A stretch of 64,000 nt of DNA from Vulcanimicrobiota bacterium (GCA_963812155.1 CAWETW010000001.1:576001-640000); one strand, 5' to 3'; counted from the stretch's first letter, positions 1 through 11,120 are shown. The notes: generated by a model not told the origin, from the sequence alone. Numbers and translations: made by a program.

Positions 1-91
1 CGACCTATCCGGTTACGGCGCGAGCCTGTTTTCGGATTTCCAGTATCACGGCGATGAAACCGGGGTTTCTGAAGCCCGCTTCGACGTTATC

Positions 92-2116
92 GTGGGCCGC
101 ACGGCGTACGAGCTGGTGCAAGTCAAGAGCGTCATTCTGCCGTGGCACATAGAAGTCGTAAACACAACGATCATCTCGCGCGATTCCAACGGTTACGTCG
201 ATCGCGTAAACACCGGGTGGCGCGCCAAGACCGACGGTCTCTTCCAGTATGCGGGAGTGCCTGCGGGGGAAATCGAGCTCGGCGGAATGACCGGTGTGTA
301 CAACGTGCGCAACATCGTCGAAGGCGTTGAAGAGATCGTCGCCGGCAAGCATTACGTCCGCGTGACGTTCGATGCCGACATCCAGCTGGTCGTCGACCCG
401 CTGCAGCACGGCCTCATGGTAACGGGCGGAAGCGTCACTGGTCGTCTTCCCAGCCGCAGTGTCACCGGCTATTTGATCGCCGATGCCAAAGACATTCCGA
501 CCGTCGCCGAAGCCGTACTGGTGATGACCACGCTCGGCACTGTGGGCGCGCCGATTGCGGCCGAAGTGGACGTTAGTGCGACCGCCGTTAAGCTCGGTTT
601 GACGGGCGTGGAAGTCACGCCCACGCGGCCCGATGTCGTGCATTCGCCGCAAAACCCGCAAACGATCGCTTCTGCCCTGCGTGGCGTTCCGCGGCTGCCG
701 CGCGATGGATCCTGGTCGATTGGAACGCGTTCGGCCAGTGACGCGGCGCCGCAAGCGCTTTCACCGACGACGCCGGTGCCGCTAATGCGTGCCAATGCGG
801 ATCCGGCAACGTGGCGCATCGCCGACGCGCAAGATGTGGTTGCGTTCAACAATCCGCTGCACTTCTATAGCGTGCTGCAAGTCACCGGCGCCAACAAAGT
901 GTTTTTCGAACATCCGACGATACGTAAGGCCGGCGGTACCAATCCGCTCAACTTCGACAATACGCCGAAACTGGCCGATGTCGGTACGCTGCTCGGCAAC
1001 AACGGCTTGCTCCCGGATATCGGATCACTGCTGGATTTCGGCGCATTCTCAGGGCTCGCGCCAAGCGGCGACGGCTTGCAACTAAGCACCGACCTAGTGC
1101 AAAACGTCGATCTCGGCAAACGCACGTTGATTCCACTCGGGCCGATCCGGCTGCAAATGGCGTCTTGGAACCCGAATAAGGTTTCGCAGCCGTCCACGAT
1201 CCGCTTGCATCTGGATCCCGCCGGGAGCCCACGCTGGCAGATCGATATTACCGGCGTCGCGTTCAATCTGGTGATCGACGGCTGGGGCGACGACGACGAT
1301 CCGTTGATTACCGTTCATGGCGATGCGAGCGCGCACGACGGAGCGGCACCGTCGTTTTCCAATCTCGCCGTACAGTACGGCAGTGCCCTCAGCGTCGTCA
1401 AGGACGTTTTGACCGCCGTCGAACAAGTGCTCGTATTTCTGCCCGATGCCGCCAAAAAGTCCGGACTCGACGTGAGTTTTCAGGGCAGCAAACTGCGCAT
1501 TCGCGAGGCCTTTCCGATTCCAAAGTTACCGCTGGGCCTCGGCTACATCGAAGACATTTCGCTCGACCTCGGCTTCGATGTCGATGTCACCGGTAAGGCG
1601 TTATCGTTCTTCGTCGGTCTCGGCGACGATCAAACCCCGTTCCACTGGCTGGTTTCGCCGCTGAGCGGAAACGGGATGCTGCAACTCGGCGCTTCCGACC
1701 GCATGGGCGTAAAGATGCAAGCCGGCATCGGCGTCGGCCTCGCGATCGATTTTGAAATCGTTTCGGGCAGCGCATCGATCGTGATCGCCGTGCAACTGGA
1801 TGCAACCTCGAGCCCGATCGGCGTGATGGTATTGCTCACGGGGCAGGCATCGGTTGACGTGTTGGACGGTCTTACCAGCGCCTCGCTCACGCTCACCGCC
1901 GGTGTCGGCGTCAAGGTATCGCCTGGGCCGCTCAGCGATTTGCTCGAGGTTCCACCCGATCCAATCGACTATTTAAAGCAAACGACGGTGACCCTCATGG
2001 CCGAAGTGGCCGTCGGCATCCACATTAGCGTGTGCTGGCTCGTGCACGTTGATTTCGATGGTTCGTGGCCATTCAGCGAAACCATCAGCGGCAAAACACT
2101 CGCTGGACTAATTTAA
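92..2116 (+). CDS. Large hypothetical protein, C-terminal part (5' end probably upstream of window or frameshifted); Gly-rich alternating beta-strand C-terminus
   Basis: 674-aa ORF with protein-like composition; no convincing start; stop 11 nt before next ATG. Confidence 0.75.
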   Translation: MGRTAYELVQVKSVILPWHIEVVNTTIISRDSNGYVDRVNTGWRAKTDGLFQYAGVPAGEIELGGMTGVYNVRNIVEGVEEIVAGKHYVRVTFDADIQLVVDPLQHGLMVTGGSVTGRLPSRSVTGYLIADAKDIPTVAEAVLVMTTLGTVGAPIAAEVDVSATAVKLGLTGVEVTPTRPDVVHSPQNPQTIASALRGVPRLPRDGSWSIGTRSASDAAPQALSPTTPVPLMRANADPATWRIADAQDVVAFNNPLHFYSVLQVTGANKVFFEHPTIRKAGGTNPLNFDNTPKLADVGTLLGNNGLLPDIGSLLDFGAFSGLAPSGDGLQLSTDLVQNVDLGKRTLIPLGPIRLQMASWNPNKVSQPSTIRLHLDPAGSPRWQIDITGVAFNLVIDGWGDDDDPLITVHGDASAHDGAAPSFSNLAVQYGSALSVVKDVLTAVEQVLVFLPDAAKKSGLDVSFQGSKLRIREAFPIPKLPLGLGYIEDISLDLGFDVDVTGKALSFFVGLGDDQTPFHWLVSPLSGNGMLQLGASDRMGVKMQAGIGVGLAIDFEIVSGSASIVIAVQLDATSSPIGVMVLLTGQASVDVLDGLTSASLTLTAGVGVKVSPGPLSDLLEVPPDPIDYLKQTTVTLMAEVAVGIHISVCWLVHVDFDGSWPFSETISGKTLAGLI

Positions 2117-2127
2117 GAGACGACACG

Positions 2128-5100
2128 ATGGCACTCTCCGATCTTCGTTTGGCATTTCTCGCCTTCGCTCAGCGATGGAACGGCGCGTCGTTGCAGGCAA
2201 CCGTACTCGTATTGCCCAGCGGCGATCCGACGCAACCGCTGATGCCCGGCACGCCCCCATTTGCGGGAACCGCATTGCAGCTGCGCGCGGGAATCATTCC
2301 ATCGCTGGATGCGCTACCGGCACTCGACGATCCGTCCACCGTGGTGCGAACGCTGGTGCTGGATCCGCCCGTCAACGCACTCGAGTTATTCGCCGATCTC
2401 AAAACCAAATTCTCGCCGCAAGATACTTCCGTGGGAGGCGGGGGTGGCTTCTCGTTCGACGATCGCGTCCGCAAAGCGCTGCCCGATACGTACACCGCAT
2501 TGCTGCCGCCCGGAGCGCCGCGCGATCCCAATGTCGCAAGTGCCGACGACTTCGGCTGCACGCTGCGCGCCCAACGTCCCCCCGGCATCGATCCCGGTCC
2601 GCGCTCCACGAGTTGGGGTGCAGTGATCTCGCATGCGTTACGCAATCCGTTTCTCGCGGGTGCGCTCGGTCTGCGTTACGAGTTTACGCTCAGTGGAAAC
2701 GATGCGCTGGCATTTCCCGACGGCGGATGGTTGTATGTCGGGCTTGATCCGGCGGACCTCTATTTCGCACCGTGGGACTCAACGCTGCACGATGCGGTGA
2801 AGTATTATTCCGCTCGCATTCCGGCGCTTACCAAGACCACGCCGCCGCGCCAAGTCTTTTCGGCGGTGCTTTTTCCGGTTGCAAATCCGAAAGCAGCTCC
2901 GGCAACGCCGAACGAATCCGAAATCGACGCCGCCATCATCGAAGCGGAAATCTACGACGACGGCTTTGCCGAACTGATGCACGCGCGCCAGCCGGATTCG
3001 CTCGACGCACACGTCGGCGACGGAAAAGTCGCGGTGAACGCGGCCACCGATGCCGGCATTCAAATCGGCTGGGACGACGAACAAGTGCTGCGCTGGCAGA
3101 ACCGTCAGATCGCGATTGCAACCGCCCAAAAGAACGGTGCGCCGCCGTCGATCGAGGCGCCGTTGGGAGTCCTTGGCTATCGGGTTGACGTTCGTATTCC
3201 GGCCGCGGGCGAGTTGCCGGCCGATACCAACCTCGGCTGGCAATCGCTGATGCAGGCTCGGGGTTCCGTGCCCGACGCGCTTAAGGACAAGGTCACCGCG
3301 TTCAGCGGCGACCTCACGATCGAGCCGACGCCAACCTCGCCAAAGAACGTTCGCGATTTCTGGCTGCCGCTGTATTTCGCGCAGTGGCGAGGCATGCCGC
3401 TCGGCACGCGCGACGATATTCCACATCTGCTGGCCGGCGGCACTGCGGCGGCCGATCCGAACGCCATCTCGCTCAAGGCGTCGAACTTTGAAGCCGTCGA
3501 CAATGCGATCGCGCTGCTGTACGGAACGACGTACGAGTTTCGCACGCGCCTCGCGGATCTCACCGGCGGTGGGCCTGACGTAACCGACACGCCGATCAAC
3601 GAAGCCACCGCCGAGCGCACGCGGGTCACATTTTCGCGCTGGGTTGCACCCAAAGGTCTGAGCATTGATCCCGTGTCCGATCCACCCAATGTCGCCCCTT
3701 ACGTCAACCGTTTGACCGTCTCACGTCCGCTCATGGCCTATCCGGAAGCGTTGTTTACGCAGCGCTACGGCCACGATGCATCCGTGGCGGCTGCCACCAA
3801 GAATGCGTTTTTGGCACAGCTCGGCATGCAGCCCGACGGCACGCCCCCGCCCGGTCCGCCGCCAAAAAATAACGTCACGTCCACCGGTGTACCGGATCCG
3901 GACGTCGTAGCGATTGAAATTGTCGTTGAAGTGAGAGCGCTGGCGCACGATCGCGCCGACGACATGACGGCAGATGGTTTGTTCGTCGAAATGTATCGGA
4001 CGACGCGCGACGTTCCGCAGCTGGCAGACATCCCGGTGAATCCCGGGCAGCCAATCGACCTGACGGACATCGTGAAGGATGCTCCGTTTACGGTAGACCT
4101 TCATTATATCGACATCGTCGATATCGCGCCGCCACGCCCTCATCCCACATCGGGACCCATCGAACTTCCGCGGTCGCGCGACGTGCGTTTGCGGATCACG
4201 CCGCTGGCTGCCAATCCGGCCGGAATGGATGCGTATTTCGGAAGCTTTCCCTCTGGCGCGCACCGCGCGCCGGTCACGCGTGGCATCACCGCCAGCCTTC
4301 TGGTGCGAGCCCCCGCGCTAACCGAAGGCTCGCCGCTATTTGCGGCATTGCCAAACGCGCGTCCCAACGTGCAAGCCTTGTTCTTCCAACCGCACACCGA
4401 TGGCGATCCGGTCGCGGGGTTGATGCAAGACCTTGCGTCTCAACTCGAACTCGATCACGACGGTATGACGCTGCGAGGCCGCCCTGGCGAGCGAGTTGCA
4501 TTCGGCGCTACCGGCTTCAAGAGTACCATCGCACCCGACGGCGGGAGCATCACATTTGCTAGCACGACCGAGATCTTTCGGCATTGGATGGTCGCCGTGC
4601 AATGGGAGCTGGCGCGCGATTGGACATGGGACGGTTTGGCCGGCAATATGGTCGACGTAACGCTCGTCTTTAGCGGCGGACTAACGACAACGGTCGGTAC
4701 TATCACGGTTCCACCAATTGTCAGCGCCGCCGCCATCGCAGCCACGCCCGATCGAACGCACACGCGGTTGGTATTCTTTCACGCAATCGATCCTACGGTT
4801 AGAGACTCCCGCGACGGTTTTACCGACCGCGAAGCCTACCAACTGAGCGCCGCGATTCCGTCCGAAGCGGCACCGATTATCGCGACGAGCGAGGCAATCG
4901 CGTTGCGGTTACCGGTCGCGATGATCCCGGACGGCGTCCCGAAATTGGTGTCGGCCGGATATGCGCTGTCGGCATACGTTCCAGCGAGCGATTATTCATC
5001 GACCGCCTCGCGGCATCGCCAGTTGTGGTTGCAAGTAGCCGACAAACCGGGAGACGGCGATCGACTCTTTGCGCGAATGTTGGCGTATGCGCCGGACCCG

Positions 5101-5988
5101 CTGTTATATAACGATCCCAGTTTGCGCTTTCAACAACCCGGCGCCGATCCGCCGCTAAAACTGGACCCCGAGTTGCTTCGCGCGATCACGCCGGCTCAGC
5201 CGACCGATACCGACGGACTTGAAGCGATGGTCGAACTCAGCGCGTCGCCCGACGATCCGGTGACGTTCTTGTTGCCGTTGCCCGAAGGGCTAACGGAAAA
5301 CGACGCGCGCCTGTTTGGGATGTGGACCTACGAACTGCGCTACGGCCATAAAGATCCGTGGTCGCTGGCACACGCGCGCTATTCGCGGCCACTGCGCGTC
5401 ACCGGCGTGCAGCATCCGGCGCCCGAGCTGCCGTTGGTTGCATCCTGGCAACTCGTCACGTTACCCTTCGAAATTCCGATCCTCGCCGGCGGATTTTCGT
5501 TGACCGACTGGCAGGTCGTTGCTACAGCGCCCTATGCTACGCCGGTGTCGACCGACGGAAGCCGGGTTGGAGGCGGTATACCACTGACCGTGATTGGGTT
5601 CTTACTATACGCCCAGGCATTGCAAGCCGATGGCAGCAGCTATCGGAACGTGTTATTGCGTCATCAAGGGGCAACGCCCATCGATCCTCGCGACACGACG
5701 ATGGGATTCGTGTATGACTACGGTCAGGCGGTGTTTGCTCAGAGTGACATTTTCGCCGATCTCGACGCGGCCGGATTGCCGCGCAACGCGCCGCTCAGCA
5801 TCCTGGCAGTCGAGTTTTATCCGCCCGGCGGTCTGGGCATTGAAGGCGGCAACGCGCAATTTCCCGGCGTCATACAGCGGCGATTCGATGCGGCCTCGAC
5901 GGTACTCGACCCCTTCGATTCGGCAAATTTCGGCGTGCGCCGCATCGTGCGTACATCTTGCCTGCAGAAGGTCGAACCGTACTGCTGA
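2128..5988 (+). CDS. Large (~1286 aa) hypothetical protein
   Basis: Uninterrupted ORF; ATG at 2128 just after upstream stop; conserved-looking blocks YDDGFA, GWDDEQ, FWLPLYFAQWRG, YEFRTRLADLTGGGP. Confidence 0.85.
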   Translation: MALSDLRLAFLAFAQRWNGASLQATVLVLPSGDPTQPLMPGTPPFAGTALQLRAGIIPSLDALPALDDPSTVVRTLVLDPPVNALELFADLKTKFSPQDTSVGGGGGFSFDDRVRKALPDTYTALLPPGAPRDPNVASADDFGCTLRAQRPPGIDPGPRSTSWGAVISHALRNPFLAGALGLRYEFTLSGNDALAFPDGGWLYVGLDPADLYFAPWDSTLHDAVKYYSARIPALTKTTPPRQVFSAVLFPVANPKAAPATPNESEIDAAIIEAEIYDDGFAELMHARQPDSLDAHVGDGKVAVNAATDAGIQIGWDDEQVLRWQNRQIAIATAQKNGAPPSIEAPLGVLGYRVDVRIPAAGELPADTNLGWQSLMQARGSVPDALKDKVTAFSGDLTIEPTPTSPKNVRDFWLPLYFAQWRGMPLGTRDDIPHLLAGGTAAADPNAISLKASNFEAVDNAIALLYGTTYEFRTRLADLTGGGPDVTDTPINEATAERTRVTFSRWVAPKGLSIDPVSDPPNVAPYVNRLTVSRPLMAYPEALFTQRYGHDASVAAATKNAFLAQLGMQPDGTPPPGPPPKNNVTSTGVPDPDVVAIEIVVEVRALAHDRADDMTADGLFVEMYRTTRDVPQLADIPVNPGQPIDLTDIVKDAPFTVDLHYIDIVDIAPPRPHPTSGPIELPRSRDVRLRITPLAANPAGMDAYFGSFPSGAHRAPVTRGITASLLVRAPALTEGSPLFAALPNARPNVQALFFQPHTDGDPVAGLMQDLASQLELDHDGMTLRGRPGERVAFGATGFKSTIAPDGGSITFASTTEIFRHWMVAVQWELARDWTWDGLAGNMVDVTLVFSGGLTTTVGTITVPPIVSAAAIAATPDRTHTRLVFFHAIDPTVRDSRDGFTDREAYQLSAAIPSEAAPIIATSEAIALRLPVAMIPDGVPKLVSAGYALSAYVPASDYSSTASRHRQLWLQVADKPGDGDRLFARMLAYAPDPLLYNDPSLRFQQPGADPPLKLDPELLRAITPAQPTDTDGLEAMVELSASPDDPVTFLLPLPEGLTENDARLFGMWTYELRYGHKDPWSLAHARYSRPLRVTGVQHPAPELPLVASWQLVTLPFEIPILAGGFSLTDWQVVATAPYATPVSTDGSRVGGGIPLTVIGFLLYAQALQADGSSYRNVLLRHQGATPIDPRDTTMGFVYDYGQAVFAQSDIFADLDAAGLPRNAPLSILAVEFYPPGGLGIEGGNAQFPGVIQRRFDAASTVLDPFDSANFGVRRIVRTSCLQKVEPYC

Positions 5989-6021
5989 GGGTATGCCGCT
6001 TGCGATCCGCCGGCATTCTTA

Positions 6022-6200
6022 TTGGATTTTGAATCCGATAGTGACTCGTTCCATTGTCGCCTCGAAAACGACGCGCGTGCTCTCCTCCAGGAGGAGCGAG
6101 CTTGCGAAAGCCTTCGCGCGAACCGGCGAGTCAAGTTCGAGGAGCCAAACGTTGAAAAACTCACAGCGAGATTGGTAGCGCCAACGGGAATCGAATCGGT
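6022..6200 (+). pseudogene. Probable C-terminal remnant of a tRNA-targeting recombinase
   Basis: Frame ends ...EKLTARLVAPTGIES, the peptide made by reading antisense through a tRNA 3' end; no catalytic domain visible. Confidence 0.35.
6173..6195 (-). mobile_element. att-like duplicated tRNA 3' end (probably tRNA-Glu)
   Basis: Minus strand reads TTCGATTCCCGTTGGCGCTACCA (T-loop, T-stem, acceptor strand, CCA); the rest of the tRNA is absent. Confidence 0.7.
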
Positions 6201-6532
6201 TCAAGCACGGTTGCGCGTGGTCGCCCACGGTCGAAAAAGCGAGGAAAATAAGGCTTTCGGACGACCGCGTGGTCATCACTGGCCCCTAGCGGTTGCCATT
6301 GACGGCAACCGTTTGGCACAGGCGAACTTTGGACCCAACGTGAGGCGTCCGGCGGCGCACGAATCGTTCAAGTGGGCTGTGGGAATATCGCCACCACGGA
6401 TGATAGCATGCCAGACGCCAGGACCCACCCACGAGTAGCCATCTGCAGCGCACCATAAGCGTATTGCGCCGCTCGGGTCGTAGGACAAACTCGAAAGCGT
6501 CCTCCTAAGCGGTCGCGAAGAGTTCGTCCTTA

Positions 6533-6976
6533 ATGGCGATCGATGATGTGGATGCCGCGTTCCGAACCCGAATGCGGGTGCTCGCGCTAAAGGGTGGGGC
6601 CGTCACCAAGCGACGTTTCGGTAGCGATCCCAGGTACTATCGCAGTATCGGTCGGCTCGGCGGTAACGCCTCCGTCGCTGCCCGCAAGGCACGGATCGCT
6701 GCTGAGGTCGAGGGTGCGCGTCCCGGCGAAGCGCCGATCGTTGAAGCCTTCGCGCCGCTCGCTGAAGTGGTGCCGGTCCAACCTCGAGCGCACGTGGGGC
6801 TCAAAGAAGTCTTGGCCGACCTCGAGCGGGATGACCCGCGAGCGTCCGATCCCAGCAATCGTCGCCGGCCCTTAGCGGACTTGCAGGCAGAGGCAGACTT
6901 CACACGCTGGGTTACGCGAATCCGCGATGAGGATGCCGGCGACGAAGAGTCGTGGGATCCGTGGAACGAGCGTTAG
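6533..6976 (+). CDS. Small hypothetical protein with KGG-like (general stress) motifs
   Basis: LALKGG...YYRSIGRLGGNAS resembles KGG repeats; acidic C-terminus. Confidence 0.55.
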   Translation: MAIDDVDAAFRTRMRVLALKGGAVTKRRFGSDPRYYRSIGRLGGNASVAARKARIAAEVEGARPGEAPIVEAFAPLAEVVPVQPRAHVGLKEVLADLERDDPRASDPSNRRRPLADLQAEADFTRWVTRIRDEDAGDEESWDPWNER

Positions 6977-6999
6977 TAGCAGCCGAACCAGCCGCAAAA

Positions 7000-7745
7000 T
7001 GACTCGGTGCGAGGGATCGCCACCCCCTCTCGTGCGCGTGCGCGCGCGCGAGGGCGATACCTAACCGATTCCGCGTCGTCCTTTAACGGCCACGACCCGA
7101 GCGCGAGATAACGTTGATTCCGTTGCGTTGGCAGCCTTGCTCCGGCTCCTGCCATGGCAATCGCCCGCAACCCTATTGCCCCAACGCCAGCCGCGCGATT
7201 CCACGTGACTCGCGCGAGGGGTGCCCCGCCCCCCTTCGTGCGCGCGCGCGAGCCTACTGATGCGCTTCGCGCCTAACACGCGACACCCGAGCGCGAGATA
7301 ATCTGCATTACATGGCATCCGGGGCCCACTCGGTTGTCCGCCCATGAGTACCACTATGGCGGCGCGTCTCGGTCGATGGTGGCCCGAGTAGCGCGCGAAA
7401 GATCCGCGCTCTGCAACCCGATGCCGCGCCCGGCTGCCGCAGCAATGGCCGCGCAATCCGATTGCCCCAACGCGGACCGCGCGACTCCACGTGACCGTCT
7501 GATGGGCGCGCCCACCCCTTCGTCGCGCGCGTGCACGCGCGAGAGAACGCAAGAGAACATCGGTTCCATCGCATTGAGCGTTCTACTCGAATCGTGTGCC
7601 GCCCGGGGCGCCACGATGGGCGCCTCGGTTCATGCGCTAAGCCCGGGTGCGGCGGTCGCAGTACCAGACACCGCGGCCGACGGCGGTAGCGATGCCGCGT
7701 AACCCGATTGCCCCAACGCGGGCCTCGCGGCCAACGCGTGACTCA
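7000..7745 (+). repeat. Tandem degenerate non-coding repeat units (~205-290 bp)
   Basis: Block GCAAcCCGATTGCCCCAACGC..CCGCGCGATTCCACGTGAC at ~7167, ~7453 and ~7699 (degenerate); GAGGG..CCCC..CGTGCGCGCGCGAG block at ~7010, ~7216, ~7500. Confidence 0.75.
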
Positions 7746-7832
7746 TTCGGACGTTCGCCGCGACTAAATTTGCTGAAATAAAATTCGCGGGCCACGGAAG
7801 CCGACGAGCGACAAGTCGCGACCAGCGCGCCC

Positions 7833-8179
7833 TCACGATTGTTTGCGAAGATACTTCACGAAGCGCGGATCTCTCCGCGGCAGCGACAGTCCTCGCCGTC
7901 GAGGATGCGCGACTGGTTTGCCGCGCTCGAAAGCCTCGAGGTCAAAGTTGCAGTCGCGGCAAAGCAGCCCTCGTACGCGCCGCGGCGAGCTCCGCGCTGG
8001 TGATCGATGTGAAGCACTCGATCTGACCCCCAGTCACTGGGACCGCTGTACTTCTCGGCTAGCTCGTCTTCGGAAACGCCGCAGATCGCACACTGTCCAT
8101 TCTGGGACTCGTAAAGCGCTATAAACATTTCTTCGGTTAGCCCGTACTCCTTAAGCGTCTTTCGAGAGCGCATTTTCAT
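7833..8179 (-). CDS. Recombination endonuclease VII-family (His-Me) nuclease, frameshifted
   Basis: YGLT..E...LYESQNGQCAICG..LHIDH, then after a frame change near 7985 RVRGLLCRDCN. Confidence 0.8.
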
Positions 8180-8651
8180 AATGTGCGTAGCCTTTCCAAG
8201 GAAGCGCTGACGGGGCTAGAATCCGCCTTCGGGCAGCGCATTCGCTGAACATCGCAGTGGCCGCCTATTTAATCGCTCGGCCGCCGGGGTACCACAATGT
8301 CACCCTGTCACGCGTGCGCGCGAGAGAAAAACGCCGTCGCGTGGCGATGCGCGGTGGTGGCCTGAGCCTGCGGTTGCGTAAGATACGCGATTACGCATTC
8401 CATCGCGTTGGGCGTCTACTCCATCGTCGGGCCGGACGGGGTACCACAAGAAGCGCCTCGTTTCGCGCGGTAGCCCGCATGTCGCCGGCGCGGTCCAGTA
8501 GCGGATGCCGGGCGCAGGGGTAGAAGCGGTGCCGCAATCCGCTCGCCCTAACCTCCTACGGGGTACGTCGACGCGACTCCGGATCGTTCAGCAATTTCCG
8601 AGCACAGGACGGTTAGGGACGCTTAGCGTGAGTGAGCCGCCAACTCGGATC

Positions 8652-11120
8652 TCATGCTGGTCCGCTGCCGTGATCTACATCGTAAACGTCACGAAGTACC
8701 TGTAGGAACGCCCGAGCTGCGTCGCTGCTGGGCTCCGTCACAACACTCGCAATCTGATAAAATGTTGCGTAACGGTCCTTGCGCACAAGGTATTCCGCGG
8801 CGGAGTATTCGGCGATTGGGTCCATTGTAAACTTAAGCAAATCTCGGGCAAAGCCGGTTCGCTCGAGTAGTGATAGGTGACTTTCAAGCTCGTCGACAAT
8901 GTCAGCGCCTCTATCCCCGATAGCCGCAATCGCCGTGGCGCGATCAAATGGCATAGGTGAAAATCGATCACGGACTGCAACCCAACTCAGTTTGCTAACA
9001 GCATCTGCTATTTCCTCGTAGTTAAGGGTCGATACTCTCTTAAGTGCAAGCTCTCGCACATAGCGTCGAACGAGAGCAGGATAAAGATTGGCAGCCCAAG
9101 TCCAGCCCCTTCTTTGTCTGCCACCATTACATCGGCGAATAGTCTCGCGAACAGCGGGGTAACCGTGCCCTTTCGCACAATTGCGGAAAGCTGGCGGAGC
9201 GCCTCGAAGTATTCCGTGTCCTCGAATAATTGCTTCTTACCAGTCTGAACCAAGCACGATTCGACAAAGGTTGAAAGGCGATTTCCCTCAACCCGCATTG
9301 GGCGGATGGTCGTTCTTGGCACGCCGTCAAGTGTCTCGTAACCACGCGACGTAATGACTATCTCACGTGGTACGAAATCCGCCATGCCGGGTCTTACGGC
9401 GCTACGCGTCGTTTCCGACATCTCGGATAATCCATCCACAATGGCGATAATGCGGCGCCTGCGTAGTAGCAGAGAAAAGAATTCTTCGTTGAGGTCGTCG
9501 CTACGCTCAAGCAAAGCCCCCGCCTTACCGCGAAGCGTCTCGAAAAATGTTGCCCCTGCGGCAAATCGAAGTCAATGACGGCCGGCAAAGCTATGGTATT
9601 TCCGATAGCGCCCGACATGCCCCAGCGGGCAATTTGACAAGCAAGCGTTGTTTTTCCCAATCCGCCTTCACCCATGATAAGCAAAACCGATACACGTCCG
9701 AACTGGAGTAAATCATCGAGTCCGTTACCTCGGAAACGTGGTTCGCATTGAGTGTGCACGGAAGTGGGACAAAAAAAAGGGTGAGCAAGAGCGATGTCGG
9801 TAGCCTCAAAACGCGATCGAGCGGCGCCAATAATACTGCTTATCCATGCATCCAGAGTACGGTCGCTATTTGCGAACACGCTGAGGAGCAGCAGAGTGCG
9901 CAGTCTTATCTTGACTCCTCCAAGCCATGCGGGCAATGTGAAATCGGAAACGCTAGCGACTCGATCGAGGTGTAAAAGGACGAGCGGCCGGATCCAAAAG
10001 CACAGTAAGAAAATCGCAATAATGAAGATCCAGGCCATAACGGGCAGCAGAAATTTAGAAAGAGAACGGAGACGCTCAACCCACGCGCGTCTGCTCAGTT
10101 CAGACTGCATGTCATATACCGCTACCGTAAGAGCAGCCAACGAAGTAGGAGCCGGCTGCGGTTTAAGAGCGTGAATGTTGGCAGTGACCCTGCGCAGGTC
10201 ATCTGCAAAAAGCGTTTCAACGCTTTTTAGCTGCATCCATGTTAGCTGCGACCTTGAATTGGAAAGTGGCATAGCCACGGAAGCCTCGGCTTCGACCAGT
10301 TCCCCGTCCCTCCAGCCGCTAGCGCCTAGCGCGCGGGAAATGGCCGCAAGAGCTGCTTGGCCAAGCACAGGGTTATTTGGCAACGTTGTAGCCAACTCGA
10401 CTAGAGCCGAGCGCGCGAAGTCCCTAACAGATTCGGAGCGATCGCTCGCCGCCGCCGCAAGGAGTGGTAACGCAGAGTACGGATTTGCTCGCTGCACGAG
10501 TTGAAGACCGTTTACTCGAATGTCGTCATTGGGATCGCGAGTGAGTGGAACAAATTGTCAAAATCATTTAGCGGGAAGTAGGTGGGCATGTTGGAAAGCG
10601 CATCCGAAGCTTCGCCACGCACCCAATCGCTAGGATCGGACAAAAGGCTTATGAGAGGTCCGACTGCCTCATTTCTCATGCCCGTAATGGCGACGGCCGC
10701 CAAATGTGCGTCCTGATCGGTCTGCTGGCGTGTCTGATCGTCAGGCCCGGTGTGGGCGCGTTTTATGACTGATGCTAGCGCGCTTACGATTTTTATGCGG
10801 ATGTCGCGCGGCAGAGACCCAAAATCGTCAATCACGTGGCGATCGGGATAATTTAGACTATTGTAAAGTTTCTGGAGGTCGCTTGTAACCCGAGCGCGGT
10901 AAGGACCCGCTGCCTCCGCAGCTGGCAGAAAAGGATCGTAGTCGGCTCGAACGGGCCGTAAACGCATTGCGGTAAAAATGGCCAGGATGCAACATAGAAC
11001 AATCACTATATTTCTGATTGAATTCGGCGGCTGGTACGGAGACTCGTGCGCGGTTGTCCGGTGTTGATATTCAAAAAGACTCGGCCGATAAAGGCTTTCG
11101 AAATTCGTAGAAATGCTCAT
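8652..11120 (-). pseudogene. HEAT-repeat / transmembrane / NACHT-like P-loop NTPase split into four ORFs
   Basis: HEAT-like LLSDPSDWVRGEASDAL and ASDRSESVRDFARSAL; TM segment; Walker A GEGGLGKT; Walker B-like IAIVDGLSE; adjacent or overlapping ORFs 10512-11183, 9394-10497, 9008-9514, 8652-9059. Confidence 0.7.

Noticed and set aside
6173..6250. Complete tRNA gene
   Set aside because: Only 23 nt of the 3' end match; no anticodon or D arm follows
7000..7745. CRISPR array
   Set aside because: Repeats are long and degenerate, spacers are irregular and over 100 bp, and no cas genes are present
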